From Candidatus Spongiihabitans sp. (lineage in GTDB: Bacteria; Pseudomonadota; Gammaproteobacteria; Arenicellales; Poriferihabitantaceae), in NCBI GenBank assembly GCA_965206355.1, contig OZ242212.1, positions 1,009,540 to 1,073,539 on the forward strand: DNA of 64,000 bases, given 5' to 3'. Made by a program: the position numbers and the translations under genes. Positions 20,666 to 30,378 of this stretch are shown piece by piece. Numbering within the stretch: position 1 is the stretch's first letter; the number at the start of each line of letters is the position of its first letter. Under the pieces are notes generated by a model. It was not told where the DNA came from. It ran no database searches and saw only the letters and a program-made list of their open reading frames with translations.

Positions 20666-20886
20666 CCCGTATTTCTTGATGGAGCTACATCTGTCGTTGG
20701 TGTGTGCTATTCCGAATGCGAAATGGCTGGAATATATTCCTCAACTGGATATAATCACGACCCAAGTGATACGGATTGAATAGGGCTATGCCTACCCATC
20801 AGATGTGCTGGGCATTGGCATTGATCGGGACTGGGATATCATCAATAAGACGGCATGGTTGTCTGAAAAATTAGCGCAGACAGGTG
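20666..20886 (+). pseudogene. C-terminal fragment of a mandelate racemase / acid-sugar dehydratase
   Basis: PYFLMELHLSLVCAIPNAKWLEYIPQLD...IE*GYAYPSDVLGIGID. Confidence 0.7.
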
Positions 20887-21217
20887 ATGCGGCGGATGGC
20901 AATGCTGACAGGTATCAAATCCGAGAAGATAGAACAGTACAAGCGTCTGCATACGGCGATCTGGCCCGAAGTGCTGGTACAAATTGAACGTAGCAACATC
21001 CGTAATTACTCCATCCATCTGTGAGAACCAGAAAACTTGCTGTTCGGCTATCTGGAGTATTATGGTGATGATTTTGCTGCTGATATGGCAACAATGTCCG
21101 AACATCCCGTAACTCAAGAATGTGAGGAACCTCACCGGCCAATGCCAATCTCCTTTAGCCAGTCGAATAGTCGGGGAACAGTAGCCGCCAATGTAGGAAA
21201 TTTTTCATACGGAGTAA
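20887..21217 (+). pseudogene. L-rhamnose/L-fucose mutarotase pseudogene
   Basis: EQYKRLHTAIWPEV...NIRNYSIHL*EPENLLFGYLEY.GDDF, with internal stops and a frameshift. Confidence 0.8.
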
Positions 21218-21221
21218 TAAT

Positions 21222-21969
21222 ATGGCTGATAAAAAAGCACGTCTAATCGGTAAAACCGCACTGATTACTGCCGCCACTCAAGGTATCGGTCGCGCAACTG
21301 CGTATGCCTTTGCCGCTGAAGACGCACAGGTTTTTGCCACGGATATCAATAATGATGAAATGCTAGCGGAACTGGAGGATGAAGGCATGACCGTGTTCAA
21401 GCTGGATGTAACCGGCGACACTGCCATTGTGGCGTTGCTGGCTGAAATTGGTACGCTGGATGTGTTGTTCAACTGTGCTGGCACGGTGCATAATGGGACA
21501 CATTTTGCAATGTGATGAGGCTGATTGGGACTTTTTTAATCTCAATGCCAAACTAATGTATCGGATGACGCTTGCCGTTTTGCCGACGATGCTGGACAAT
21601 GGCGGTGGCTCAATTATCAATATGTCTTCGGCCGCCTCTTCGCTGAAAGGGGTGCCGAACCGCTTTGTCTATTGTGCTTCCAAGTCTGCCGTAATCGGTA
21701 TGAGCAAGGCGGTTGCGGCGGATTATATTACCCAAGGTATCCGTTGTAATGCGATCTGTCCGGGCACCGTGGACAGCCCTTCACTGCATGATCGTCTGCG
21801 GGCTACCGGCGACTACAGGGTTGCGCTGGAGGCATTTATTACCCGTCAGCCCTTGGGGCGTATAGGCAAAGCCGAATAAATTGTTGCGTTGGCAGTGTAT
21901 CTGGCGAGTGATGAAAGTGCTTTTACTACCGGACAAACACATATAATTGATGGCGGCCGGACTGTCTAA
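21222..21969 (+). pseudogene. SDR oxidoreductase (2-keto-3-deoxy-L-fuconate dehydrogenase / BDH2-like) pseudogene
   Basis: TAATQGIG, LFNCAG, YCASK and NAICPGTVDSPSL. Frameshift near 21500 and TAA at 21877. Confidence 0.85.
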
Positions 21970-21990
21970 AACTATCAGGAAATTATAATA

Positions 21991-22836
21991 ATGAAACTTT
22001 TAAGATATGGTGCTTTGGGTGCCGAGAAACCCGCTATTGTTGATGCCGATGGAAATATTCGTGATCTTTCGGCAGAGATTGCCGATGTTGCGGGGGAGGC
22101 ACTGAGCGATCAGGTGCTGGATAGATTGCGGGCAATTGATCTAGCAGATTTGCCGATTGTGAGCGGTAATCCCCGCATTGGTGCTTGTGTCGGCAATGTC
22201 GGGAAATTTATTTGTATCGGTCTCAACTACGCTGACCATGCTGCTGAAAGTGGTCTGAAACTACCCGCAGAACCAGTGGTCTTTTGCAAGGCGACTTCGT
22301 CCATTTGTGGCGCGAATGATAATCTGGAAATTCCGCGTGGTGCGGTGAAAACCGACTGGGAGGTTGAATTGGGGGTGGTTATCGGCAAGCAGACTAAATA
22401 CGTTGCCGAAGCTGATGCGCTACAGCATGTTGCCGGCTACTGTGCGATTAACGATATATCCGAGCGCAATTTTCAGATACATCGTTGTGGTCAATGGATT
22501 AAAGGCAAGTCTGCCGATACCTTTGGGCCGGTTGGTCCGTGGTTGGTAACTCGTGATCAGGTGAGCGATCCGCAAGACCTGTTGATGTATTTGCAAGTGA
22601 ACGGTCATCGTTATCAGCAGGGTTCGACTAAAACCATGCATTTCGGCGTGGCTTATCTGATTGCCTATTTGTCGCAATTTATGAGTCTGCAAGCGGGTGA
22701 TATTATTTCGACCGGCACCCCGCCAGGGGTCGGGCTGGGGCAAAAGCCCGAAGTCTATCTGCAAGCGGGCGATGAGATGGAGCTGGGTATTTCCGGACTG
22801 GGTGTGCAACGTCAAAAGGTTGTGCTTGGTCAATGA
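21991..22836 (+). CDS. Fumarylacetoacetate hydrolase family protein
   Basis: CIGLNYADH, DWEVELG, NDISER, KGKS and TGTPPGVG. Intact. Confidence 0.92.
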   Translation: MKLLRYGALGAEKPAIVDADGNIRDLSAEIADVAGEALSDQVLDRLRAIDLADLPIVSGNPRIGACVGNVGKFICIGLNYADHAAESGLKLPAEPVVFCKATSSICGANDNLEIPRGAVKTDWEVELGVVIGKQTKYVAEADALQHVAGYCAINDISERNFQIHRCGQWIKGKSADTFGPVGPWLVTRDQVSDPQDLLMYLQVNGHRYQQGSTKTMHFGVAYLIAYLSQFMSLQAGDIISTGTPPGVGLGQKPEVYLQAGDEMELGISGLGVQRQKVVLGQ

Positions 22837-22889
22837 GCAGATTTTCCGAAAATGTGTGAAGAAAAAAGAGCGGAAATATTGAAAAGTAT

Positions 22890-23130
22890 TTGCGCTGTAT
22901 CGTTCCAGCGGATTCGTGCAAACCGTTTGATGTGCGCCAGATTATCACCCGCTTGGTGGATGGCAGCGAATTCGATCTGTTCAAAGCCCTCTACGGAGCC
23001 ATGCTGGTATGCGGATTCGCCCGCCTGCACGGCTATCCGGTCGGCATCGTCGCCAACAACGGCATCCTGTTTTCCGAATCCGCCCAGAAGGGCGCGCACT
23101 TCATCCAATTATGCGCCCAGCGGGGCCTGC
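22890..23130 (+). pseudogene. Internal fragment of a methylcrotonyl-CoA carboxylase beta subunit (LiuB-like)
   Basis: [20 protein letters not shown]...[24 protein letters not shown]. Confidence 0.8.
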
Positions 23131-23536
23131 CGGCTTGGTTGTCTATAATCGAAAAGAGGACAGAGCACTGGGTGAAGTGACCAGGTTTCTGGTTTATAAT
23201 CCATGTAAGCGTCAGCGCGGCGGAGATACTGTGGAACATTATTTTGAGCGTACCGAGTGTGTTGCTGGCGTTGAGGATATGCGTTTTCAGGAATTGATGC
23301 CAGATGTGTTAAGCTGGATCGAGCTAACCCGTATTGACCGCTTTATCTCTATGAGCAATATGAAGTATGATGCTATTGTGGGTCAGGGTATTGAAATCGT
23401 GCATAGGATAGCTATTCCCTCAGATGTAAAAGTTGAAATGGATGCAAAGAAAGCGGCAGGTTATTTCACTGATGGCGAGGTGCTTTCAGCAGATGACCTT
23501 AAAGAAACTCACGGCAGAAGCCTGGAAGACTATTGA
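23131..23536 (+). pseudogene. C-terminal fragment of a URC1/Urg1-type GTP cyclohydrolase II family protein
   Basis: RKE.RALGEV..FLVYN, YFERTECVAGVEDMRFQELMPDVL, SMSNMKYDA and VEMDAKKAAGYFT. Confidence 0.8.
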
Positions 23537-23547
23537 GTAGGTAAGCA

Positions 23548-24807
23548 TTGTCCACGCAAGACTTTGGTGTATTTGAATCTTTGCTTTGTGCCGATACCGT
23601 CCGCAAACGCTGTCGGCGAATTGGTGAACTCGCTCTGGTTGGGCAGGCTAATTGGTTTTCTATCAATCAAACCAACTTTCAGCGATGTGTGAAACTGGTC
23701 GAAAATACCTGTTTACAAAACTATCCTGATTTGAATATTCCCTACCACAGCCGATGGCGTCATTTTGATGTCGGAGAAACTAATCTGTGGCAACATTACA
23801 CGCACGCGTTTAAGGGCAAGCGTAGTGAGCTCGCCCGTTCAGCCGTTGATCTTATATTTTTAAGTGTGTTGCTTGATGCGGGTGCGGGAGCGCGCTGGGT
23901 GTTTAAGGATCCGGTAACGGCTAAATCACTATCCCGATCAGAGGGCTTGGCAGCCGCCAGTATTGATTTGTTCTTCAATCATATCGCCAGATTTGAACAT
24001 ATCAAAGGCTGGATTATGGATGTTGATAGTTTGCAATTGGTAACACCACAAAAACTCGCCAGTACCTTTCAGCATTCGTATAAAAATTCGTTGTCCGACA
24101 TTGATGGACGGTCTGCCCTGCTTCAGGGGTTAGCCACCATTTTAGAAAGTTACCGGACTGAACAGCAACTGTACAATCGTCCGAGCAATTTGATTGATGA
24201 ATGTTTGGAGATGTCCAAAAAATCTTTTGGCAGGAAGGCTTCTATTGATGCGGCGGCAGTGCTAGCTATCGTCTTAAAGCGCTTTGGTGCGATGTGGCCG
24301 AAGGGTTATTATGTGCAAGGCAATGATTGCGAAGCTTTGAATTTGGGCGATTGTGGTTATCATTCACAACTGACCACTGACGATGAAACCGAAGGAATTA
24401 TTCCCTTTCATAAATTGTCGCAGTGGCTGACCTATTCTTTAATCGAACCACTACAATGGGCGGGTATCAATGTCGTTAATCTGGATGGGTTGACCGGCTT
24501 GTCAGAATATCGCAATGGTGGATTGTTTATAGATACCGGTTCATTGCAGCCACTGGATCAGGACCTGTTGTCTTCCAAGCTAACCGTAGATTCCGAGGCG
24601 GTCGTGGAATGGCGGGCGTTGACGGTATATCTGCTTGATCAACTGGCTGTTGAGTTACGCACCATGCTGAAACTTTCAGAAAAGCAGCTGCCGTTGTATG
24701 CCGTGTTGCAGGGAGGAACTTGGTTGGCAGGAAGAGATCTGGCTACGCGATTGCGTCCGCAGGCGACAGCGCCGTTAAATCTGGTTGCTGACGGCAGCGT
24801 TTTTTAA
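23548..24807 (+). CDS. URC4/Urg3 (DUF1688) family protein
   Basis: IPYHSRWRHF, SVLLDAGAG, RSEGLA, PFHKLSQWLTYSL, EYRNGGL and VVEWRALTV. Confidence 0.9.
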   Translation: MSTQDFGVFESLLCADTVRKRCRRIGELALVGQANWFSINQTNFQRCVKLVENTCLQNYPDLNIPYHSRWRHFDVGETNLWQHYTHAFKGKRSELARSAVDLIFLSVLLDAGAGARWVFKDPVTAKSLSRSEGLAAASIDLFFNHIARFEHIKGWIMDVDSLQLVTPQKLASTFQHSYKNSLSDIDGRSALLQGLATILESYRTEQQLYNRPSNLIDECLEMSKKSFGRKASIDAAAVLAIVLKRFGAMWPKGYYVQGNDCEALNLGDCGYHSQLTTDDETEGIIPFHKLSQWLTYSLIEPLQWAGINVVNLDGLTGLSEYRNGGLFIDTGSLQPLDQDLLSSKLTVDSEAVVEWRALTVYLLDQLAVELRTMLKLSEKQLPLYAVLQGGTWLAGRDLATRLRPQATAPLNLVADGSVF

Positions 24808-24829
24808 GTTAAGGAGGTAAGGGATAACG

Positions 24830-25762
24830 ATGACAGTGCTTGTTGATATTGCTGATCACTACTGGATGGATCAACAGATGTTTATGCGGTTACTGGATGG
24901 TGGTATTGATGAGAGCCAAATTCGATTTTATCCGGAGATCGGCGCGACTGAAGATATTGTTATGCTGGTTTGCGACAGGTTACGTGCCGGACTGGCGAAG
25001 CAATTATCCAATCTTGCGCTCATTCAGAAGCTGGGTGCAGGGGTCGAAACCATAGTTTATGACCCTGATATATCCGCAAAGGTCAGGATAGCGCGGTTAA
25101 GACCAGCGGTGGTGGCTATGGAAATGGCACAGTTTTGTCTGACCTGTGTGTTGCAGGACGTTTACCATTTCAAGTTTCACAAGATGCATCAATTAAAAAA
25201 CCAATGGATGCCGAAAGAACCAATGCAACCGCCCGATATTTGCATTGCTGTGCTTGGATTGGGGCATATTGGCGGTACAACGGCAAAACTGTTTCAGTCG
25301 CTGGCGTTTCATGTTATCGGCTGGAGCCGAACTGAAAAATCCATCACCGGCGTAGATTGTCGATGGGGTTTGGAAACGATAAACAGCGTTCTCGCAGAAG
25401 CTGATTATGTTATCGGTCTGTTACCTGCAACCGCAGAAACCATAAACCTGTTTGATCGTAGTCGCTTCAATGTCATGAAGTCTGACTCCACACTCATTAA
25501 CGTCGGGCGTGGTAGCTTGATTGTTGAGCAGGATTTGCTGGATGCGCTGGAGCATGATTGTCTGGCGCATGCGATATTGGATGTAGTTCGGCAGGAACCG
25601 TTATCCATAGACAGCCCGCTATGGCAACATCCGAAAATCACGATAACGCCGCATGTTTCCGGTTGGCATCTGGATAATCTGCAGACGCTTGTAGATAACT
25701 ACAATGCGCTCATTGAGGGAACACCGCTGTGCCATGAAATCAGTCGGGAACACGGTTATTGA
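24830..25762 (+). CDS. Glyoxylate/hydroxypyruvate reductase A-like 2-hydroxyacid dehydrogenase
   Basis: GLGHIG, GWSRT, LINVGRG, LDV..QEPL and ITPHV. Confidence 0.85.
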   Translation: MTVLVDIADHYWMDQQMFMRLLDGGIDESQIRFYPEIGATEDIVMLVCDRLRAGLAKQLSNLALIQKLGAGVETIVYDPDISAKVRIARLRPAVVAMEMAQFCLTCVLQDVYHFKFHKMHQLKNQWMPKEPMQPPDICIAVLGLGHIGGTTAKLFQSLAFHVIGWSRTEKSITGVDCRWGLETINSVLAEADYVIGLLPATAETINLFDRSRFNVMKSDSTLINVGRGSLIVEQDLLDALEHDCLAHAILDVVRQEPLSIDSPLWQHPKITITPHVSGWHLDNLQTLVDNYNALIEGTPLCHEISREHGY

Positions 25763-25952
25763 CAATGTTTGCGCTTAATCGCAAATAATCCGCAATGGTG
25801 CACAAGCGTGTACAAAAACAGCCTACACCGAGCAGAGTGATATGGGTGATAACCTTGTGATTTTTAGTGTCAAATTACCCTAATTTATTGAAAAGTACTG
25901 GGCTTGAATTTAGGTTACACTTAATTGAACGAAATGTGAATAATTTGAATAT

Positions 25953-28184
25953 ATGGTTGATTTCTCTGACAAATCCTCTGATGTGGGGGGATTGAAAAAT
26001 ACACGGTTATCTGCAAATTCGGGAGAATGGCGGAGGCGTGCTGAAGCCGAACTGCAAGACAAGTCTGTGCAATCCAAATCGATTGAGGGCACGTCTATTG
26101 AGGGCAAGTCTGTTGAAGATATGCACTGGCAGACAGCAGAAGGTATTGAGGTTAAGCCGTTATACCGTGCTGCCGATCTGGAACAATTAACCTTTGTTGA
26201 TGGTCTGCCCGGTCTGCCGCCTTATACGCGAGGTGCTAGGGCGACCATGTATACCGGTCGCCCGTGGACTATTCGTCAGTATGCTGGATTTTCCACTGCG
26301 CAGGAATCCAATGCGTTTTATCGCGCCAATCTCAAAGGCGGGCAGAGTGGTTTGTCGGTTGCTTTCGACCTTGCCACCCATCGTGGTTATGACTCGGATC
26401 ATCCGCGTGTGCAGGGTGATGTCGGCAAGGCGGGTGTTGCCATTGATTCGGTCGAAGATATGAAAATGTTATTCGATCAGATTCCGCTCGACAAAATATC
26501 GGTGTCGATGACCATGAATGGCGCCGTGCTGCCGATTATGGCGATGTTTATTGTCGCCGCAGAAGAGCAGGGCGTGGCGCAGTCGGCTCTGTCGGGGACT
26601 TTGCAAAATGATATTCTCAAGGAGTTTATGGTGCGTAATACCTACATTTACCCGCCAAAACCGTCAATGAAAATTGTCGCTGATATCATTGCCTATACGG
26701 CGGACAATATGCCGCGCTTTAATCCCATCTCTATTTCGGGCTATCACATGCAAGAAGCCGGTGCTACTATCGTGCAGGAATTGGCATATACCCTGGCTGA
26801 TGGCATCGAATATGTACGCACCGCTATCAATAGCGGTATGGCAGTCGATAAATTTGCCCCGAGACTGTCCTTTTTCTTTGCGATGGGTATGAATTTCTTT
26901 ATGGAAATTGCCAAGTTGCGGGCGGCGAGGACATTGTGGTCGGAATTGATGGAAGCGCATTTTTCACCCCAAGATCCAAGATCAAAAATACTGCGTACCC
27001 ATTGCCAGACATCTGGGGTGAGCCTGACCAGCCGCGATCCCTATAATAATGTTATCCGCACCACCCTTGAAGCGTTGGCTGCTGTTCTCGGCGGCACGCA
27101 GTCCCTGCATACCAATTCCTTCGACGAGGCGCTGGCATTGCCAACGGTAAACTCGGCACGTATCGCCCGTAACACCCAATTGGTGTTGCAACATGAAAGT
27201 GGTGTAACGAAAGTGATTGATCCTCTGGGCGGGTCCTATTATGTTGAAAGCCTGACCCATAGTTTGATGGTTGAGGCGCGTAAATTGATTGACGAAGTCG
27301 AGGAAATGGGGGGGATGACAAAAGCGGTTGAAGCCGGGCTACCAAAATTACGCATTGAAGAAGCATCGGTCAAGAGGCAGGCGCGAATCGATCGGGGTGA
27401 AGAAGTGATTGTCGGGGTCAATAAGTATCAGTTGCACGAAGAAGCAGAGATAGATATTTTGGTGGTTGATAATGATGCGGTGAGAGAGGCGCAGATTCAA
27501 CGACTGCAAACGCTCAGGCAATCTCGCGATGCCGACCGTGTTAATGCTACGCTGGAGGCGTTGCGCAATGTTGCAGAATCCGGGCAGGGCAACCTGCTGA
27601 AAGCGGCCATCAAGGCTGCTGGAGTACGCGCCAGTGTGGGGGAGATTTCTGATACATTGGAGGGCGTATATAATCGCCATCATGCACAAACCCGTGCAGT
27701 AGGCGGTGTCTATAGTGCTGCCTGCGAAGGTGATGAAAAATTTACCATGTTAAAAGATAAAATCGAAGCGTTTGCATTAAAAGAAGGTCGTCGTCCGCGT
27801 ATTTTGGTTGTCAAGCTCGGTCAGGATGGCCATGATCGAGGAGCGAAAACCATTGCCACCGCATTTGCCGATATGGGGTTTGATGTTGACATCGGGCCGT
27901 TATTTCAAACGCCTCAGGAAGCGGTCAATCAGGCGATTGAAAATGATGTGCATATTCTCGGTATTTCTTCTCAGGCCGGCGGACACAGAACACTGGTTCC
28001 AGCCGTGATGGCGGCATTACGGGCGGGGAAATGTGATGACATTATGGTCATTTGTGGTGGTGTCATTCCAGCGGGCGACTATGATATGTTATCGCAATGC
28101 GGTGTTGTTGCCATTTTTGGTCCGGGGACGAATATTCCGGATGCTGCCAGCGAGATACTGGATTTACTCGAAAACAATGGATAA
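25953..28184 (+). CDS. scpA: Methylmalonyl-CoA mutase (B12-dependent)
   Basis: [18 protein letters not shown] and [11 protein letters not shown]12-binding motif. Confidence 0.96.
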   Translation: MVDFSDKSSDVGGLKNTRLSANSGEWRRRAEAELQDKSVQSKSIEGTSIEGKSVEDMHWQTAEGIEVKPLYRAADLEQLTFVDGLPGLPPYTRGARATMYTGRPWTIRQYAGFSTAQESNAFYRANLKGGQSGLSVAFDLATHRGYDSDHPRVQGDVGKAGVAIDSVEDMKMLFDQIPLDKISVSMTMNGAVLPIMAMFIVAAEEQGVAQSALSGTLQNDILKEFMVRNTYIYPPKPSMKIVADIIAYTADNMPRFNPISISGYHMQEAGATIVQELAYTLADGIEYVRTAINSGMAVDKFAPRLSFFFAMGMNFFMEIAKLRAARTLWSELMEAHFSPQDPRSKILRTHCQTSGVSLTSRDPYNNVIRTTLEALAAVLGGTQSLHTNSFDEALALPTVNSARIARNTQLVLQHESGVTKVIDPLGGSYYVESLTHSLMVEARKLIDEVEEMGGMTKAVEAGLPKLRIEEASVKRQARIDRGEEVIVGVNKYQLHEEAEIDILVVDNDAVREAQIQRLQTLRQSRDADRVNATLEALRNVAESGQGNLLKAAIKAAGVRASVGEISDTLEGVYNRHHAQTRAVGGVYSAACEGDEKFTMLKDKIEAFALKEGRRPRILVVKLGQDGHDRGAKTIATAFADMGFDVDIGPLFQTPQEAVNQAIENDVHILGISSQAGGHRTLVPAVMAALRAGKCDDIMVICGGVIPAGDYDMLSQCGVVAIFGPGTNIPDAASEILDLLENNG

Positions 28185-28273
28185 CGATCTCAACAACACG
28201 TCGAGCTGTGCCGATCTGAACGTGGTTAGCCAATAAACGGCAACAGCTTGCGCTAAAAAATCATTAAATACCG

Positions 28274-29806
28274 ATGTATGAAATAATCGAAGAGTTGGAG
28301 AAAAAGCGCGAACTTGCCAAACTCGGCGGCGGCGAAAAACGCATTCAGGCGCAACACGCCAAAGGCAAACTTACTGCCCGCGAACGCATTGAAGTGTTGC
28401 TTGACCAAGACAGCTTTGAAGAATGGGACATCTTTGTTGAGCATCGCTGCGCTGATTTTGATATGCAGGGTAAAGCGATTCCCGGCGATGGTGTGGTTAT
28501 TGGTTACGGCACCATCAACAGTCGGGTTGTCTTCGTTTACAGTCAGGACTTCACCGTGTTCGGTGGCTCTTTATCCGAAGCCAATGCGGAAAAAATTTGT
28601 AAGGTTATGGATCATGCGATGAATGTCGGTGCGCCGGTTATCGGCATTAGTGATTCAGGGGGTGCGCGTATTCAGGAAGGTGTGGCTTCTCTGGGTGGTT
28701 ACGCGGAGGTATTTCAGCGCAATGTTTGCGCCTCTGGCGTTATCCCGCAAATTTCTTTGATAATGGGCCCTTGTGCAGGAGGGGCAGTCTATTCGCCGGC
28801 GATTACCGATTTTATCTTTATGGTGGAAGACAGTTCATATATGTTTGTGACCGGGCCGGATGTGGTGAAAACGGTGACTCATGAGGAAGTCTCAGCAGAA
28901 GATTTAGGCGGTGCGACAACCCACACTGGTCGCTCGGGCGTTGCCGATCTGGCGTTTGAAAATGATGTGCAAGCGCTGTTAATGACGCGGCAATTTTTCA
29001 ACTTTTTACCCGCAAATAATAAACAAAAACCACCATACCGCCAAACTGCAGACAGTCAAACGCGCCCAGAAATTTCACTGGATAACTTGATACCTGATAA
29101 CCCGGGCCTGGCTTATGATATGAAAGAGTTGCTTGTTAAGGTTGTTGATGAAGGCGATTTCTTTGAGCTACAACCCAGTTACGCCAAAAACATCATTATC
29201 GGTTTTGCCAGAATGCAAGGCAGTACGGTCGGCGTAGTCGCGAATCAACCTATGGTATTGGCAGGATGTCTGGACATCAATGCCTCCATAAAAGCGGCAC
29301 GCTTTGTTCGATTTTGCGATGCTTTTAACATTCCCATTATCACCTTTGTGGACGTACCCGGATTCATGCCCGGAACCGCTCAGGAATATGGTGGCATCAT
29401 CAAACACGGTGCGAAATTACTTTATGCCTACGCCGAATGCACCGTCCCTAAAGTAACGGTGATAACCCGAAAAGCCTATGGTGGAGCCTATGATGTGATG
29501 GCATCCAAGCATTTGCGCGGAGACGTCAATCTTGCCTGGCCGAGTGCCGAAATTGCTGTTATGGGTCCCAAGGGTGCGGTGGAAATTATTTTTCGTGAAG
29601 ATGCCAAAGAGGCAAGCAAGATTGAACAAAAAACCGAACAATACCGCCGCAAATTTGCCAACCCGTTTGTTGCGGGCAGACGCGGTTATATTGACGATGT
29701 CATTTTCCCCCGAGACACCCGAAAACGTATCTGCCGTTCATTAGCGATGTTGCAGGAAAAGTCATTGGAAAACCCTTGGAAGAAACATGGGAATATTCCT
29801 TTATAG
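28274..29806 (+). CDS. pccB: Propionyl-CoA carboxylase beta subunit
   Basis: [28 protein letters not shown] and [10 protein letters not shown]. Confidence 0.94.
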   Translation: MYEIIEELEKKRELAKLGGGEKRIQAQHAKGKLTARERIEVLLDQDSFEEWDIFVEHRCADFDMQGKAIPGDGVVIGYGTINSRVVFVYSQDFTVFGGSLSEANAEKICKVMDHAMNVGAPVIGISDSGGARIQEGVASLGGYAEVFQRNVCASGVIPQISLIMGPCAGGAVYSPAITDFIFMVEDSSYMFVTGPDVVKTVTHEEVSAEDLGGATTHTGRSGVADLAFENDVQALLMTRQFFNFLPANNKQKPPYRQTADSQTRPEISLDNLIPDNPGLAYDMKELLVKVVDEGDFFELQPSYAKNIIIGFARMQGSTVGVVANQPMVLAGCLDINASIKAARFVRFCDAFNIPIITFVDVPGFMPGTAQEYGGIIKHGAKLLYAYAECTVPKVTVITRKAYGGAYDVMASKHLRGDVNLAWPSAEIAVMGPKGAVEIIFREDAKEASKIEQKTEQYRRKFANPFVAGRRGYIDDVIFPRDTRKRICRSLAMLQEKSLENPWKKHGNIPL

Positions 29807-30032
29807 CCAGGCAATCGTTGGTCGCGGGGACTCGGCTGGATTGAGGATTTAAAAAACATCAACCCTGACAAGGAAATACCGATGATATTAGAGGAGAAAC
29901 TTCAAAAGGATGGATTTAATGTTTTGAACAATGGTGTTAAAGTGCCCTTCCCCTTGCATTGGCATAAGACAAAGTTTCACGAACTGATTCGTAAGATTCT
30001 ACCAACATCAAAACCCTAGTAAGTATTAAAAA

Positions 30033-30254
30033 ATGAAAACGACATTGACCGCAATTATTGAGAAAGAAACAGATGGCGATGTTGCGCTGTATCCTGAGAT
30101 AGATGTGGCAAGTCAGGGTGATACCGTTGATGAGACGCGCAAGAATCTGAAAGAGGCATTGGCGTTGTTTTTTGAATGTGCCTCCGCAGAGGAAATTAAG
30201 GAACGGTTGAGCGGGGAAATATATGTTTCATCCATTGAAGTGGCGTATGGCTAA
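30033..30254 (+). CDS. Short HicB-family antitoxin
   Basis: PE.DVASQGDTVDE..KNLKEAL.LF. Overlaps a HicA-like remnant. Confidence 0.8.
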   Translation: MKTTLTAIIEKETDGDVALYPEIDVASQGDTVDETRKNLKEALALFFECASAEEIKERLSGEIYVSSIEVAYG

Positions 30255-30360
30255 ACTTCGGATGCTGTCAGATAAAAAGATTTGCGTGATTTTATCTAGG
30301 CATGGGTTTATCGAGATAAGGCGATAGGGTAGCGTATCATTATGCAAAAAAATTGTCGAT
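30247..30360 (+). pseudogene. HicA toxin pseudogene
   Basis: MAKLRMLS...ILSRHGFIEIRR*GS, then a frameshift to IIMQK. Truncated. Confidence 0.7.
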
Positions 30361-30378
30361 TTGAATAGCTGTTCCCTT

